Of a stretch of DNA of 64,000 nt, positions 1 to 11,467 are shown piece after piece; positions within the stretch are counted from its first letter, which is position 1; each line of letters begins with the position of its first letter. Source of the DNA: Ramazzottius varieornatus (lineage: Eukaryota; Animalia; Tardigrada); the NCBI GenBank assembly GCA_001949185.1, contig BDGG01000011.1, positions 641,552-705,551 of the forward strand, read 5' to 3'. A model generated the notes under the pieces. That model was given only the letters and a program-made list of their open reading frames with translations. It was not told the DNA's origin and did not search any database. The position numbers were made by a program, and so were the translations under genes.

Positions 1-153
1 AGGTGACAGGTCATAGAAGACGACTTTTATGGACCAGTGAAGGATAAGGTCTCGGCCTTCGGAGAGCTGACGAGATACGACGATGGCGAGGTTTGCCAGA
101 CTAATCTTGGAATTCTATCCGATATTTGTCGCTCAGCAGCATTTCCCTTCATC

Positions 154-3100
154 ATGACGTCTGTCCCAGATTCCGGAAAAAATCGACAGCCTCCTCATAA
201 TGGGAGGAACGGTCATTCCGCGCAAGGGAAGTCAACAAACGGGCTGAAACCCGGGGAGGGGAAAGTAGTCGGTTCCGACCCACCAGAGTTATCATGGATT
301 CAGTACCTCAAGCCAAACCGGAAGTTGGTCCTTCTCAAGATATTCATGCTTTTCTACTACGGAGGTAGTGTACAGTAACTACAGTTCACGGCCGGTTGCA
401 TACCGGTCTGATTACCAGATTTCATTTGTGTCAACCGATGGGTGAACTTCATGGCCGCGTGTCTTTGTTCTTGCAGGGTTCTCCGCCTTGTATCCCTACC
501 TGGTGAGGAAAACAAAGCAAAAGACAACTATCCTGCTGTTAAATGATTAATCATTCCCCTTTTCGTATGAGTGTAGGTTATCCATATGAGAAGCCTGGGT
601 ATCACCGTCGCTCAAACAGGTTTCTCAATCTTTTCTGTCCATTATTTCGTACACTATTTATCAGAACAAATAGCGCTATCAAATATGTTCTACTCCTTTC
701 GGCACATTGCTCAAGTCCTTTGCGTCTCCAGGTTTAATGTACACGATATATCCCCTGTGCGTCTGCATCGGAGGACCGTTAGCCGGTGTTATTGGTGATA
801 AATCGGGGCGTTACAAGCTGACGCTGATTATCTTCCTGGTAGCTAGCATTTTCCTGCACACCCTTCTGTGTTTCGCCGTGCCAGCCTTCAAGATCCATAC
901 GGACCGCTTCAACGAGAGCCTCTCCAATGTCGACGTGACTTTCTTCAACGACGGATCTTTGTCCTTCTTCACTCCTCTTTCCCCCAATGCAACTGTCACC
1001 GCTTGTCCCACCGCCAACATTACTTCCGGGCTGTATCTCGATAACTGCCAGTGGAGCTGTCCAGCGGCACAGAATGACAGCTTGATGTGTTTTCACTCAC
1101 CAGACGATAACTGCTCGCCCTGGGAATCTTTCAAAACGGACTTGCTGGGAAGCCTTAACCTGACAAAGGTTGTTAGAAATCGAGCGGAATGGAATCTCAT
1201 TGAGAGTAACGAGCTGCGACTAAGCTGGAATGCCACATCGATGGCAGACTGTGTGTTCAGTTGTAGCGGACGAACGGAGGGCAATCTGCAGCTACCTTGC
1301 TCGACGCAAAGGACCGAAGGCCATCAGTTGACAACCTTTGGTATCTACTTGGCAATCCGTCTAGCATGTGGCACCGCTATCAACTTGGCCTTCACCTTGA
1401 TTGATGCCTCCTTAATTCAAATGGTTGGAAGCTGAACATTTCATTTGAAACTGGACAGAAGAAAATTGATAGAGCGGCCACTTTCGTTTTGCAGGTTGAA
1501 GATTACAATGGAGACATCGGAATCAACCGTGCTTTTGCCTACGTGGGTTTCTGCATTGTGCCTCCACTGTCCGGTCTGCTGATTGATTACGCTAGCCAGC
1601 TCACGCCGGGTTTCGTCGACTATCGACCGGCCTTCTACATCTTTGCTGTCAGTATATCCATCTCCGTTCTCATCCTTTGCTTCATGGAACTGAAAGTCCG
1701 TCCTCCCGCTCAGAACGTCATGCGTAACGCCGCCAAGCTTCTGCGCTACCCGCGCGTTCTGGCCTTTGTCGCCATATTCTCTATCATTGGGGTAGCCTGG
1801 GGATTTCTCGAAACGTTAGTACTGTCACTATCGTTACTTTTTCGTACTGGTCAGGTATACGTAATTGGGAGCTCGGCAAACAAGCTGGGCCAGATCGCTT
1901 CCCAAGTGGCGCACTATTCCGCTACTAAGGGCTGCAGGTGTGCGCCACTTTGGCAGGCGTTCTGATCGAGTTTCTGATCAAGAACCACCATCACAAGTCC
2001 GTGGTGATATGTCGATATCGCTTTGAGTATTCTAAATGTTCATTATAACATCCGAAAACTTTGCAGGTTTCTGTTTTGGTTGTTGGAGGACCTCAAAGTG
2101 CCTAAATGGCTGCTAGGATTCACCAACACTGTCGGAGGCCTGGCAGGGGCAAGTTCCGTTTGATGCATTGTTCTTTCCACGCAAGTACCAGCGCTTCATT
2201 GCCTTCTGCTTTCTACAGGTGCCGTTTGCAATGTTAGCCACAACTATCATCAAATACACCGGCTATACCAAAATATTCATCTTTGGCTTGTTCGTTTTCG
2301 GCCTTCGCTTCATCGGCTACTCGGTGGTCAACAATATTGCATGGGTTCTCCCTCTCGAATGCCTCGAAGGTTCGTCTGCTTCCTTTATCTCGTTCCAAAT
2401 CGTAATTCAAAAGTTTCGTGGTGTGTCTTAGCTTTTACGAGTTCTCTTCCAATGACCGCGGCCTCAATTTACGCGTCCACATTCTCGGCGGACCTGCTGG
2501 CTACTCTGCAGGGTGTCAATGCGGCTCTTCACTTCGGCATAGGCAAGTAGTCGGACCCAATTCCTCATCTCGCAGGCCAGAATGATGACGTCGAACACAT
2601 TTTTTATGCTAGGAAGAGGAGCGGGAAGTCTGGCTGGTGGCTTGATGATCGACAAGATGGGTACGCGGGCGGCCTTCCGAATCTTCGGCTTTGTCTGCAT
2701 GGCCTACGCCTTCATCCACGCCCTTCTCCACTGCACCTGGCTGCGAAAATTACCTAAACCCCGCAGGAATGACTCCGTCGTTCGACCAACCATCACTTTG
2801 ACCGCACAGGATGAAAACGGTAAGCCCTCTAGTATTAGGAACTTACACAAATCAAAGCTCCGCGAACGAAGCCGGTAAGATTGTTTCCTCGAATGGAGCA
2901 CGTTCACAGTGTTATTGGCTGGTAAAGTGCGCCACTTTGGAAAACGGGCTTGTTGAGTTCTTTCAAGTGGCGCACATTGGTAGTATTATCAGCAGGAAGC
3001 GTGCGTCGCTTAGGGTGACAGATTTGTCGAGTTTGCCCATGTAGCGTTCCTAGCGTTATTCACTGAAAACCAGAGCCAATGGGAGAAACGGTGGTGTCAA

Positions 3101-3455
3101 GTTTGCTTACCGAGGGCACAAATCGAGGTTCACGATCATGTTCGTTTACTTTGCAGACGTAAAGGAGGAAATACTATTCGTTGGTTCTGCTGATGAAGAA
3201 ACAGACCCCGACACTGTGCAACCCGTCAAGAAGCCGCTGAAAGACTCGACATTATCGCTGGTCATTCCGATGAATATGGAAAGTTGGGGTTCCTTCCTGC
3301 ATATCGACGCTGGCAGCAAACTTCGCCCGGCCGCGCAAGTACGCCGTCGAGCTGGGACCGCCACCGGTGCGGCTCTCCTCCCACACTCGCCTAATCTCGA
3401 AGAACAGCGTCGAAAATCACGACACCATTCTGTCAGCGGAACCAGCTATATATAA
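154..3455 (+). CDS. MFSD6: Major facilitator superfamily domain-containing 6-like transporter, multi-exon
   Basis: Spliced reading: KLVLLKIFMLFYYGG|FSALYPYL|VIHMRSLGITVAQT|G..IYP..IGGPLAGVIGDKSGRYK, a large Cys-rich luminal loop, GDIGINRAFAYVG, GVAWGFLET|FLFWLLEDL, ATLQGVNAALHFGI|GRGAGSLAGGLMID. GT-AG junctions at e.g. 365/476, 503/576. Start ATG at 154 is inferred. Confidence 0.8.
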
Positions 3456-3692
3456 CGGTTAACCATCCAAAATATATTTCTTGTCAGGCTCGTAAACTAT
3501 TTTCAGAAACTTCATCACGACCAAAAAACTCAAAAAATCACAGCTGCACTTGAAATCTGAAAACAATTATATCGCCAAACTGTCGCTGTATTTCTTCACT
3601 AAAGTCAGAAAGAGTCCATCACAGATAAAACAATTGGGAATCACGGGAAAATTCAATCTGGGAATACTCTAAAAACTAATCAAGGTTTTGAA

Positions 3693-6600
3693 TTATTTTT
3701 GTGCATTTGTGAGTTCGTTCAGCTCTTCGTCAATCCTCCGTCGTTCTTCTTGCAGTCGCTGAAGGCGTTCTTCTTTCGTTTCATTCTTGCTGGCTTCGTT
3801 GGTAGGTTCGATCATCATCACACCATCTTTGCCTCGTCGACAGCTGAGCAAGGGAAGAACCACACCGGAAGTCACTTTGGCGGGAAGCCCATCGTGCAAG
3901 TACATCTCACATTGTCGTACAGTCAATGACAGCGGCATACTTTCACCTAGACGAACAAGAAACATTCACTAAGGATCAATAATACGTACTAAAACAGAGC
4001 GGAAAGTTCGGATTCGTCAACAAAAGAATTAAATTTCGGCAGGTGTAAAATTTTCAAAGGAATAAACCTGCCATTTCTCTACGACGACCCACATCGGCTT
4101 GGCACATTCTGCCTGTTTCCTATTATACGATAATTCGAAGCAAGGCCGTGCTCGGCTCCGCCCTGGCCGGCTTCGCACCGACTGGAAACATCGTAGAAAA
4201 AGGCGGACAAGCTCAGCGTTCATTCTAACAGATGGGGCTTCTTCATCGTCTTACCCGTCAAATCCGTCTGGAAGAACCCAGCCAGCTTTCCAGCCACTTC
4301 GTTGGATAGTCTCAGTGTACACTTCTGCAGCACCACTTGCGCCAAACTCACCACATCTGCAGTCAAACGCAACAGGGCTTCCGAAGCATTTTCTTTCCCC
4401 TCCTGGACTGCCCATTCCTTCTCTGTCGCACCTTCCCTCAGACCCAGTCCCCCACACCACACTTTGACACAAACTTCAGCATTCATCGTCGATGTGACGA
4501 TCACATTGACATTCTCTACGGTCAGTGTCAACGTGGCACAACCTTCCATCACCCCAAACTCGGCCATTTCCGGTCGTAACGACGCTCCGTCCAGCGAAGG
4601 CGCCAACGACGGAGCTAAAGAGGTCACTACGTTGGGTGACGGGATGACGAATCTACTCGCCGTCAAGTCAGCCAACTCAAAATCAGATTGGACTGAGAGG
4701 GTTTCCGCCTCACTGAACGGTACTTCCAACCCTTCAGACTGTAACATGCTATCAAAGTCATCGTTCGTCTGGTTAGAAGACATGTTAGAAGGAGGCTCAA
4801 GAATGTTCTCGAAACTGTTGATGCGGGCGCTGTTGACCGACAGGTTGTCGATGGCCTCCGAGTCGCGGCTGGACGTTGGTCGACCTTCAGCTCTGTCGAG
4901 TAGGAGCGTTATCTCGGCTTTGGGCAGGACAGCCACAGCTAGAAGGGCTGCAGGTTCCCTCTTGTTATCTTTGACACCGTTCTGCTTGATGGTGAAGGTG
5001 GCGGCCGAAGAAGTGCAGTTGGCGGTGACGGCTTCGGACAGGGCGTAAAGGACGTCGACGCAGCGGAGCAGGATGTTGTAGCCTTCGTTATTGATTTGAG
5101 CACGAACACAAGGCACCATAACGTCAACCAAGACAAACGCCTAAAACGGAAAGCCTTATATAACAATCGGCGCACATGCTGAATTTATTTCGACATTGCA
5201 CCAGTACATAGTATCCATCTGGAAGCTAGGCAAACAAACTCGACAAAATTGCGTTCCCGAGCAGCGCACATCTCCAGCCAAACAAACTCGTGACATGCGC
5301 CACTTGTGAAATTCGACAATTCTTGGGAGAACAAAGTAGCGCGCGTTTTCGATGATACTGGCTTGAAGCGTGCGCCACTTGCAAAAACGATCATTTCGGG
5401 TTAGTTTGCCGAGCTCCGGTCTGTTTTGAGGAACTCTTACCGGTCCGGAAGGAGGAACTGCCGTCAGCCACAAACATCCCGGCGTGGCTTCAATGAAAGG
5501 CATCGGTCGTCCTCGTGGCTGCCGTAGATCGATGAAATCCAGCCAGGTACAGTCACTTGACAGCGACCACAACGAAAGGAGCTTATTTTCCTCTTGAGCC
5601 TATAAAAAGCATCCACCGTCCTGTCATATCACCTAACATAACTCAAGCGCGACACAACACAAGACTGGTTTCCCAAGTGACGCAAGCTATCACTGTTATT
5701 GAGTGCAGACGTGCGCCACTTGAAAAACGATGGTGTCAAGTTTGTTCAGCGAGAGAAGTTTAAGGCTCTAAGGACCCAACTTACCTGTTTAGCTACAAAA
5801 AGGAGAGTTTCAGTCATAGCCACGTCACTAGATCGACTAGGGAACGTATCGGTACAGTGCAGTCGGGACTCCTCGATGGTTTCCAAAGTGTTCAAGCTGT
5901 CGGTCAGCGAGCGAGTTCGACCAACGGAAGCGTTGGTGGCCACTCCTTTACCGCTCTGGATCTGCAAACCCAACATTCTCTGCGAAAATTCGACCGGACA
6001 AACAATCTTGGGCATCAAGGCTTCATAGCGGCACAGGATGGGGGGAATGACCAGTTCGTCCAGGTTGAAGGAGGACGTACTGACAGCTGCTCCGGAAAAG
6101 ACGTCACTCGCGACTTGTGTCAACCAGTCAATTGTCGCTGGATGCAGTGTCATTTGCACCGGGTTGCAAAAGATGTGCAGCAAGTGTGGTGGAGCTGGAG
6201 TACACAATAACCACCGTTAAGTAAGAGCTCGGCAAACTAACTTGACGAAATCGCCAAGATCGTCCAAGTGGCGCACGCTTCCGGCCAATAACACATCCAA
6301 TGCGCACCACTTGGGAACACTCGACAGGATTTGTTTTCCAAGTGGCGCGCGGCCTCCAACGATAACACTAACAGCGTGCGCCACTTCGGAGAACGTTTTT
6401 ACGAGATACCTGACAAGGCCGTGCCCGACACGACTTTGAGGGAAAAAATTCGTAGAAAAAGGCAAAAAATTGATCATCCCTCGCATAGTTTAACTACACA
6501 TGACTGAACTATGGAGACTAACCGGCTGTGAAAGGTGCGGAAGGTGGGTAGTAGTGCACAATGTACTCAAGGTGGACAGCGGCGGATGTTTCAGGCAGAT

Positions 6601-9090
6601 GCAGGTCTTTCTTCGTGGAACAGCAGAAAGGGTAGTGCTGGTTGACCAGAGCGTCCTTGGCTTTCTGCTGCTTGATGGTGGTCATGTTGTTGACGCGGAA
6701 GTCGTTGATGCGAAAGACAAAGACGGAGGACATCAGGTAACGCAGGGCTATGTCAGGCGGCACTTCCGTCTTCGTTCCTACCCACAGTACAAACACTCGA
6801 AGTATCGGAAAAATGACAAACTTGGTAGCTCGGCAAAGCAATTCGAAATCATCGTCACTTCCAAGTGGCGCACGCTCCAGCCCATAACGCTACAAAAGTG
6901 CGCCACTGGGGGAGAACTCTTGTCGTGTTTGTTTGCCGGACTTGAAATCAATTCTCTTCGTACCTGTCCGCGTTAGATGGTCCATAACAGCATCTTTCTG
7001 CCACGCCATGTAATGTCGATCCGGTTCAGTGTACACCAGCCAGTGATTCCGTACCATCTCTGCATACAAAACAAAAGTTACTCCATGTCATAAAACAGCT
7101 AGCCGAGATGAGCATTTGACACACCGGACAAGTGGTAAGGATAACAGTCAATCTTGAGCGCATGAAGTTCGATGAGGATAGCTGCGTCCTCAAACTTGGG
7201 TACTTTAATTTCCGGTTGGACTTTGGTGCTATCGTTGACCAACCGCGGTTCGTCACAGATGTGCAGGTTCAGCTTGGCCAGGTGAATATGGTACGATGTT
7301 TCGCTAATGTCGATCGACTCGAAGTACCGCGCTAGTTTAGCTGATGATGATGAGGAAGAACCTTTCTTCCCTTTCACTCGTCGCGTTTCCTGTAAGACGT
7401 ATGACAAAGTTGCCCAATGGACAAGCCACTATAGCGAAGAAACAAAACGTCTTACATTGAGCTTCTTTTCGGCGACAGTCTTGCGGACAACCTCATCGGC
7501 TTTGGAGGCTAGCATCTGCAATTCTTCTACGACTGACCAGGCAGCTTTCAATTGTGTTGGTGTCAGAACCCACAGAAGATCATCCATGATGATCTGTAAG
7601 CGAGCTGCCAGCAGTTCGCAGCCTGTAAGAGGCTACCGATAAAGCACGGTGAAAGAAGAACCGACTGGAAGCTCGGCAAACAAACTTGACAAGATCGTTT
7701 CCCAAGTGGCGCACGCTTCCGACCAGAAACCGTGAAACGTGCGCCACTCCGGAAAATAAGCCTGCCGATTCTGTTTGCAGAGCTCCCAATTGAGGCTGCT
7801 GTATTCTGCTGTAACGCAAAGACGAAAGTCATCTGGCCACGCTTACTGGAAACTGCCTTCTTCAAGGCAATCCGAGCCTGACCCGAGCTGGTTATCAGTC
7901 GGATGGAGGAATGAGCGCCAACATCTGCCCCGCTATTGCGAGCACCGGAAGTGGCTTCTATCCGTAGCGTCTGCCACGTTACACACTTGAAGACCAGCAC
8001 GGCGTCCTTTGACTCATCCTTTAGTCGCGACATTCTGCCACAAGACACAGAAAATTTATACGGTAGATAACCGATGAAGAATCAGAAAAGTGGTGCCTAT
8101 GTGCAACGTTGATAGTCTGACTTTCCGGTTTGACTTCCGGTGCTTCGTTAGTCGACTGATTGAACCGTCTCCTTCTACTTATCGTCAAGGAAAGGTCCGC
8201 TGACTTACCGGAGATCACTGGAAAGTTCGTAGTTGGGATTAGCACTGAAGACTTTGATGCGGTTGACTTGGATGGAGGAATGGAAGCTGGGTGCTCGAAA
8301 GTGGATCTCCACCGAGTTGACCGTCAAGAACATGCCGTCAATGATGGCCTCTGTTCTCCCATACGACTCCCCCGACCTATGAGAAAAACGGCTTCATTAA
8401 CAGTTGCATACTGTAACATAATACATCATAATGTTCCGGTTCGGATGAACTGACGCACGCGAAAGTTGGAGAACCCGTGGGAGATCGCAAGTCGCTGCAT
8501 GTCTCCATCTCGACGTACATTTCGTCCAAACACTGTAAAGAAAGTACCCGGCTTCACACTCCAGCTTGTTCCCATTCTGGCAGGGAAAACACATCAACTT
8601 ACTATGCGAATTGGCAGCGAACTAAGATGCGTCCATGGAATCTATTAATGAAAATAACTGAAACGTTGGCAATTAATTTGAACCTGATCGTTTTCCCAAG
8701 TGGCGCAGAATTATTCAGCTAACCATGCCGGAATCATACGCCACTTAAGAGCTGGTTCAGACTGTTCAAGTGCTCTTCCCGTTGAATGGAACAAGCAACA
8801 TACCTGTATAGAAACGCGGTTGCAAACGGCGCGCGACAGCTTGATCCATATCGGCAGCTCCAGGACGTTCGATAAGACCTCTTCGTTCAGCACTAGATCG
8901 GAGAGGTTGGCTTGTGACAGCGAAGAAAACTTGAGCTGGCTAGCGTCGACATTTTTGGCAAACCTGGGAAGTGGGGAAACGACAGCGTTCTCTGTCAACA
9001 ATCAAGCATAACACCATGGATAATTGCATAGCACCCAGCGGCCTACCGGGAGAGAATTTTCAGGATCTGGTTCTTCAAGAGGGCTGCCAT
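3693..9090 (-). CDS. BLTP3: Bridge-like lipid transfer protein 3 (UHRF1BP1/SHIP164-like), multi-exon
   Basis: N-terminus MAALLKNQILKILS|RFAKNVDASQLKFSSLSQANLSDLVLNEEVLSNVLELPIWIKLSRAVCNRVSIQ|IPWTHL matches the chorein-N start of UHRF1BP1/L. Later exons contain FKCVTWQTLRIEA, IRLITSSGQARIALKK, ETSYHIHLAKLNLHICDE and a C-terminal coiled coil (RLQRLQEERRRIDEELNELTNAQK). Confidence 0.85.
7664..7790. mobile_element. Representative single-unit foldback element (BLTP3 intron)
   Basis: ACTGGAAGCTCGGCAAACAAACTTGACAAGATCGTTTCC-CAAGTGGCGCAC-24 nt-GTGCGCCACTCC..GTTTGCAGAGCTCCCAAT forms an imperfect ~125-bp palindrome. Confidence 0.8.
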
Positions 9091-9837
9091 GCCGGTCTTA
9101 AAGTAGTTTTAGCTCTCTTCTAGACTGCAGCGATGAAAACGAGCGAGGTCTGTCCTGTAACGAGAGAGACGGAACCAGGAAGAGGATGAGAATTCGAAAC
9201 TACTGCAGGAAACAATTTCATCTGAGTCAAACACAAAACGATGACGTAATCGTGCCAACTGCTGGTAATGGTGACGTCCTTACGATGTGTGGTTTGCCAA
9301 CAGAGGGCGCCGCGCTGAAAAATTGTGGAATTCTGTCGTGCATCCGTCGGAAATCGGTTCGGTATCATAATTATTGTCTGTTCGTGGTCTCCTGCTGGTC
9401 TGGAACCATCTAAAATTGCAGACATGAAAGAGTACATTTTTCATGTTACATTTATTATTCAGAAGAGCGGAAGGAGGAGCTTTGTATCATTGAGACGACA
9501 TATCGTTATCTTCGACAAACAAGGCATTGTTCTCACCAGACAGGTGCTCCGTTAACGATGACTTATTCGACAAAAGAGCCGCCAGGTGCATGTTGTTTTT
9601 CTCTTCCGGACTCAACTAAAATGGCGTTTTAGTGTCGGGAAAATTTGGTGTGCTCAAACGCAACACTGGGCAATACTGGCAAAGAGCCGGTTTACTTCCG
9701 ACTGTAAACGCGGACTCTTGCTAAGAGATCCGCCACGTTACGTCAGTGAATGCGGTACGACCAGTTTTGGCTTCCGAAAGATGCTTCCCCACGGGGAAAT
9801 AAAATAGTTTCGACCCAACACACGCGAAGAATTTTGC

Positions 9838-9844
9838 TATAAAT
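9838..9844 (+). promoter_or_regulatory. TATA box of the secreted Gly/Asn-rich gene
   Basis: TATAAAT lies 100 nt upstream of ATG 9938. AATAAA at 11063-11068 closes the transcription unit. Confidence 0.6.
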
Positions 9845-9937
9845 GATCCTCTGTCGGCAAAAGACGGTACTTCATTTTTAGTTTACTTCCAAGTTCCTGT
9901 GGGTTTTTCTTCCAGTCTTAGCCTACACTGCATCAAA

Positions 9938-10955
9938 ATGCTTCGCATTACCTTAGCTGCTCTTATGTGCGTGACTCTGGTAGCTGGCCAGATCAACACT
10001 GGCTTCCGTAAGTTGCACGATTAGCCCATTACAGTCCTGACTTTAAAACCGCCGCTGGTTTCTCTGTACAATTTTATAATCTTTTGTAGAGCAACCTACC
10101 TTCGGTTCCAACGTCCAGAAGTTCGGTGCGAGCCAGGGGACCAAGCAGACGCAAGCGCAAGGCCAAGGTGCCGCAGCTGGTCAAGCAGGAGCTGGAGGAG
10201 TGGGTTCTTCATCCAGTATTAACCAGGCCAACAACGAAGCCAATAATGGTGGCACTCGCTCATCCGGTCTCTCGGCCAACACTGCTCAGGGAACCGAAGG
10301 TTCCAACGCTGGAGGAGCTGCTCAAGCCGGAGGCCAAACCATGACCGCCGCCCAGATGCAATCCCAAATGGGAAAGAACTCCGCCAAGTTCGGTACGGGC
10401 TTAAACCCCGGTTTCGGTAGCGGCAACTTTGGCAGCGGTTTCGGTAACAACGGAGGTTTGGGCTTCAACAACGGTGGCTCGGGCTTCAACAACGGAGGTT
10501 CGGGCTTTAACAACGGAGGTTCGGGCTTTAACAACGGAGGTTTGGGCCTTAACAACGGCGGTTCGGGCTTCAACAATGGAGGTTCAGGCTTCAACAACGG
10601 AGGTTCGGGCTTTAACAACGGAGGTTCCGGATTCAACAGCGGATTTGGTGGGAACGGCTTCAACAGCAACAGCCAAGATTTCGACAACCAACAAGGAACC
10701 CAACAGGGTCAGGGATCCGGGAACGCCGCTGCTGCCGGTAATGCTGGTGCCCAAGGTCCTTCGCAATCGTCCAGCATCAACAGCGCCAACCAGGAAGGAA
10801 CCGCAGACGCTACTCGTGCCCAGGGTGTCTCGGCCAACCAAGCTGCTGGCATCAACCCAACTGCCAACGGCGCCACCCAAGCCAATGGACAGCTCGCCAA
10901 TGCCAACCAGTTCAACCGTCAACGCGGTTCCATCAGGAACAACCAGAACTTCTAA
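9938..10955 (+). CDS. Secreted low-complexity Gly/Asn/Gln/Ala-rich protein with central (NNGGSGF)n repeat; no recognised family
   Basis: Exon 1 (9938-10007) encodes signal peptide MLRITLAALMCVTLVAG-QINTGF. The intron is 10008-10089 (GTAAGT..TAG). Exon 2 is in frame with ORF 10200..10955. Codon usage is strongly biased, and TATA and polyA signals are present. Confidence 0.85.
10446..10634 (+). repeat. Coding 21-bp tandem repeat x9 (AACAACGGAGGTTCGGGCTTY)
   Basis: Nine units encode NNGG(S/L)G(F/L). The L-S-S-S-L-S-S-S-S pattern suggests an 84-bp higher-order duplication. Confidence 0.95.
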
Positions 10956-11467
10956 ACTAGTCGTACTCTTGCTACATTCTTGCGTGCATGAGTTCAGAAT
11001 TCAACCAGGAAAATACCAATATGATTGTTCTACCACAAGTTAGTATTCCTCAATCAAACGCAAATAAAAACTATCACAATGAAACCATAAGTGAGGGATT
11101 TTCGTCAGAGAGTAATTTTATCATATCGAGAGGAAAATAGAAAATCGCAGAACGGCAGATGTAGTCAAGAAGCGTAAAGTGGAACTACAACACTTCTGAG
11201 CGACAACAAGGAAACTCAGGAAATTAGAGCAAAGTCGTGAGTAGGGTGAGTTATCAAGAAGAGCGAGTGTTTTCCAACAGCTCATCGCAAGAGGACAGTA
11301 ATTTGTCCAGGCAGTGCGCAGTTTCGCAAAAGAAGTCATGATTACTTCGCTGACTCGCTGAAGTTACTTGCATTGACGATTCGCAAAAAAATAGATTCGA
11401 CAAATAACAACAAATCAAAGAGATAATTAACCTATGTACAATAATGAGCCGTACTACTAAAGTCTCA

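Noticed and set aside
10322-10687. Minus-strand ORF with KPEPPLL repeats
   Set aside because: Antisense shadow of the NNGGSGF coding repeat.
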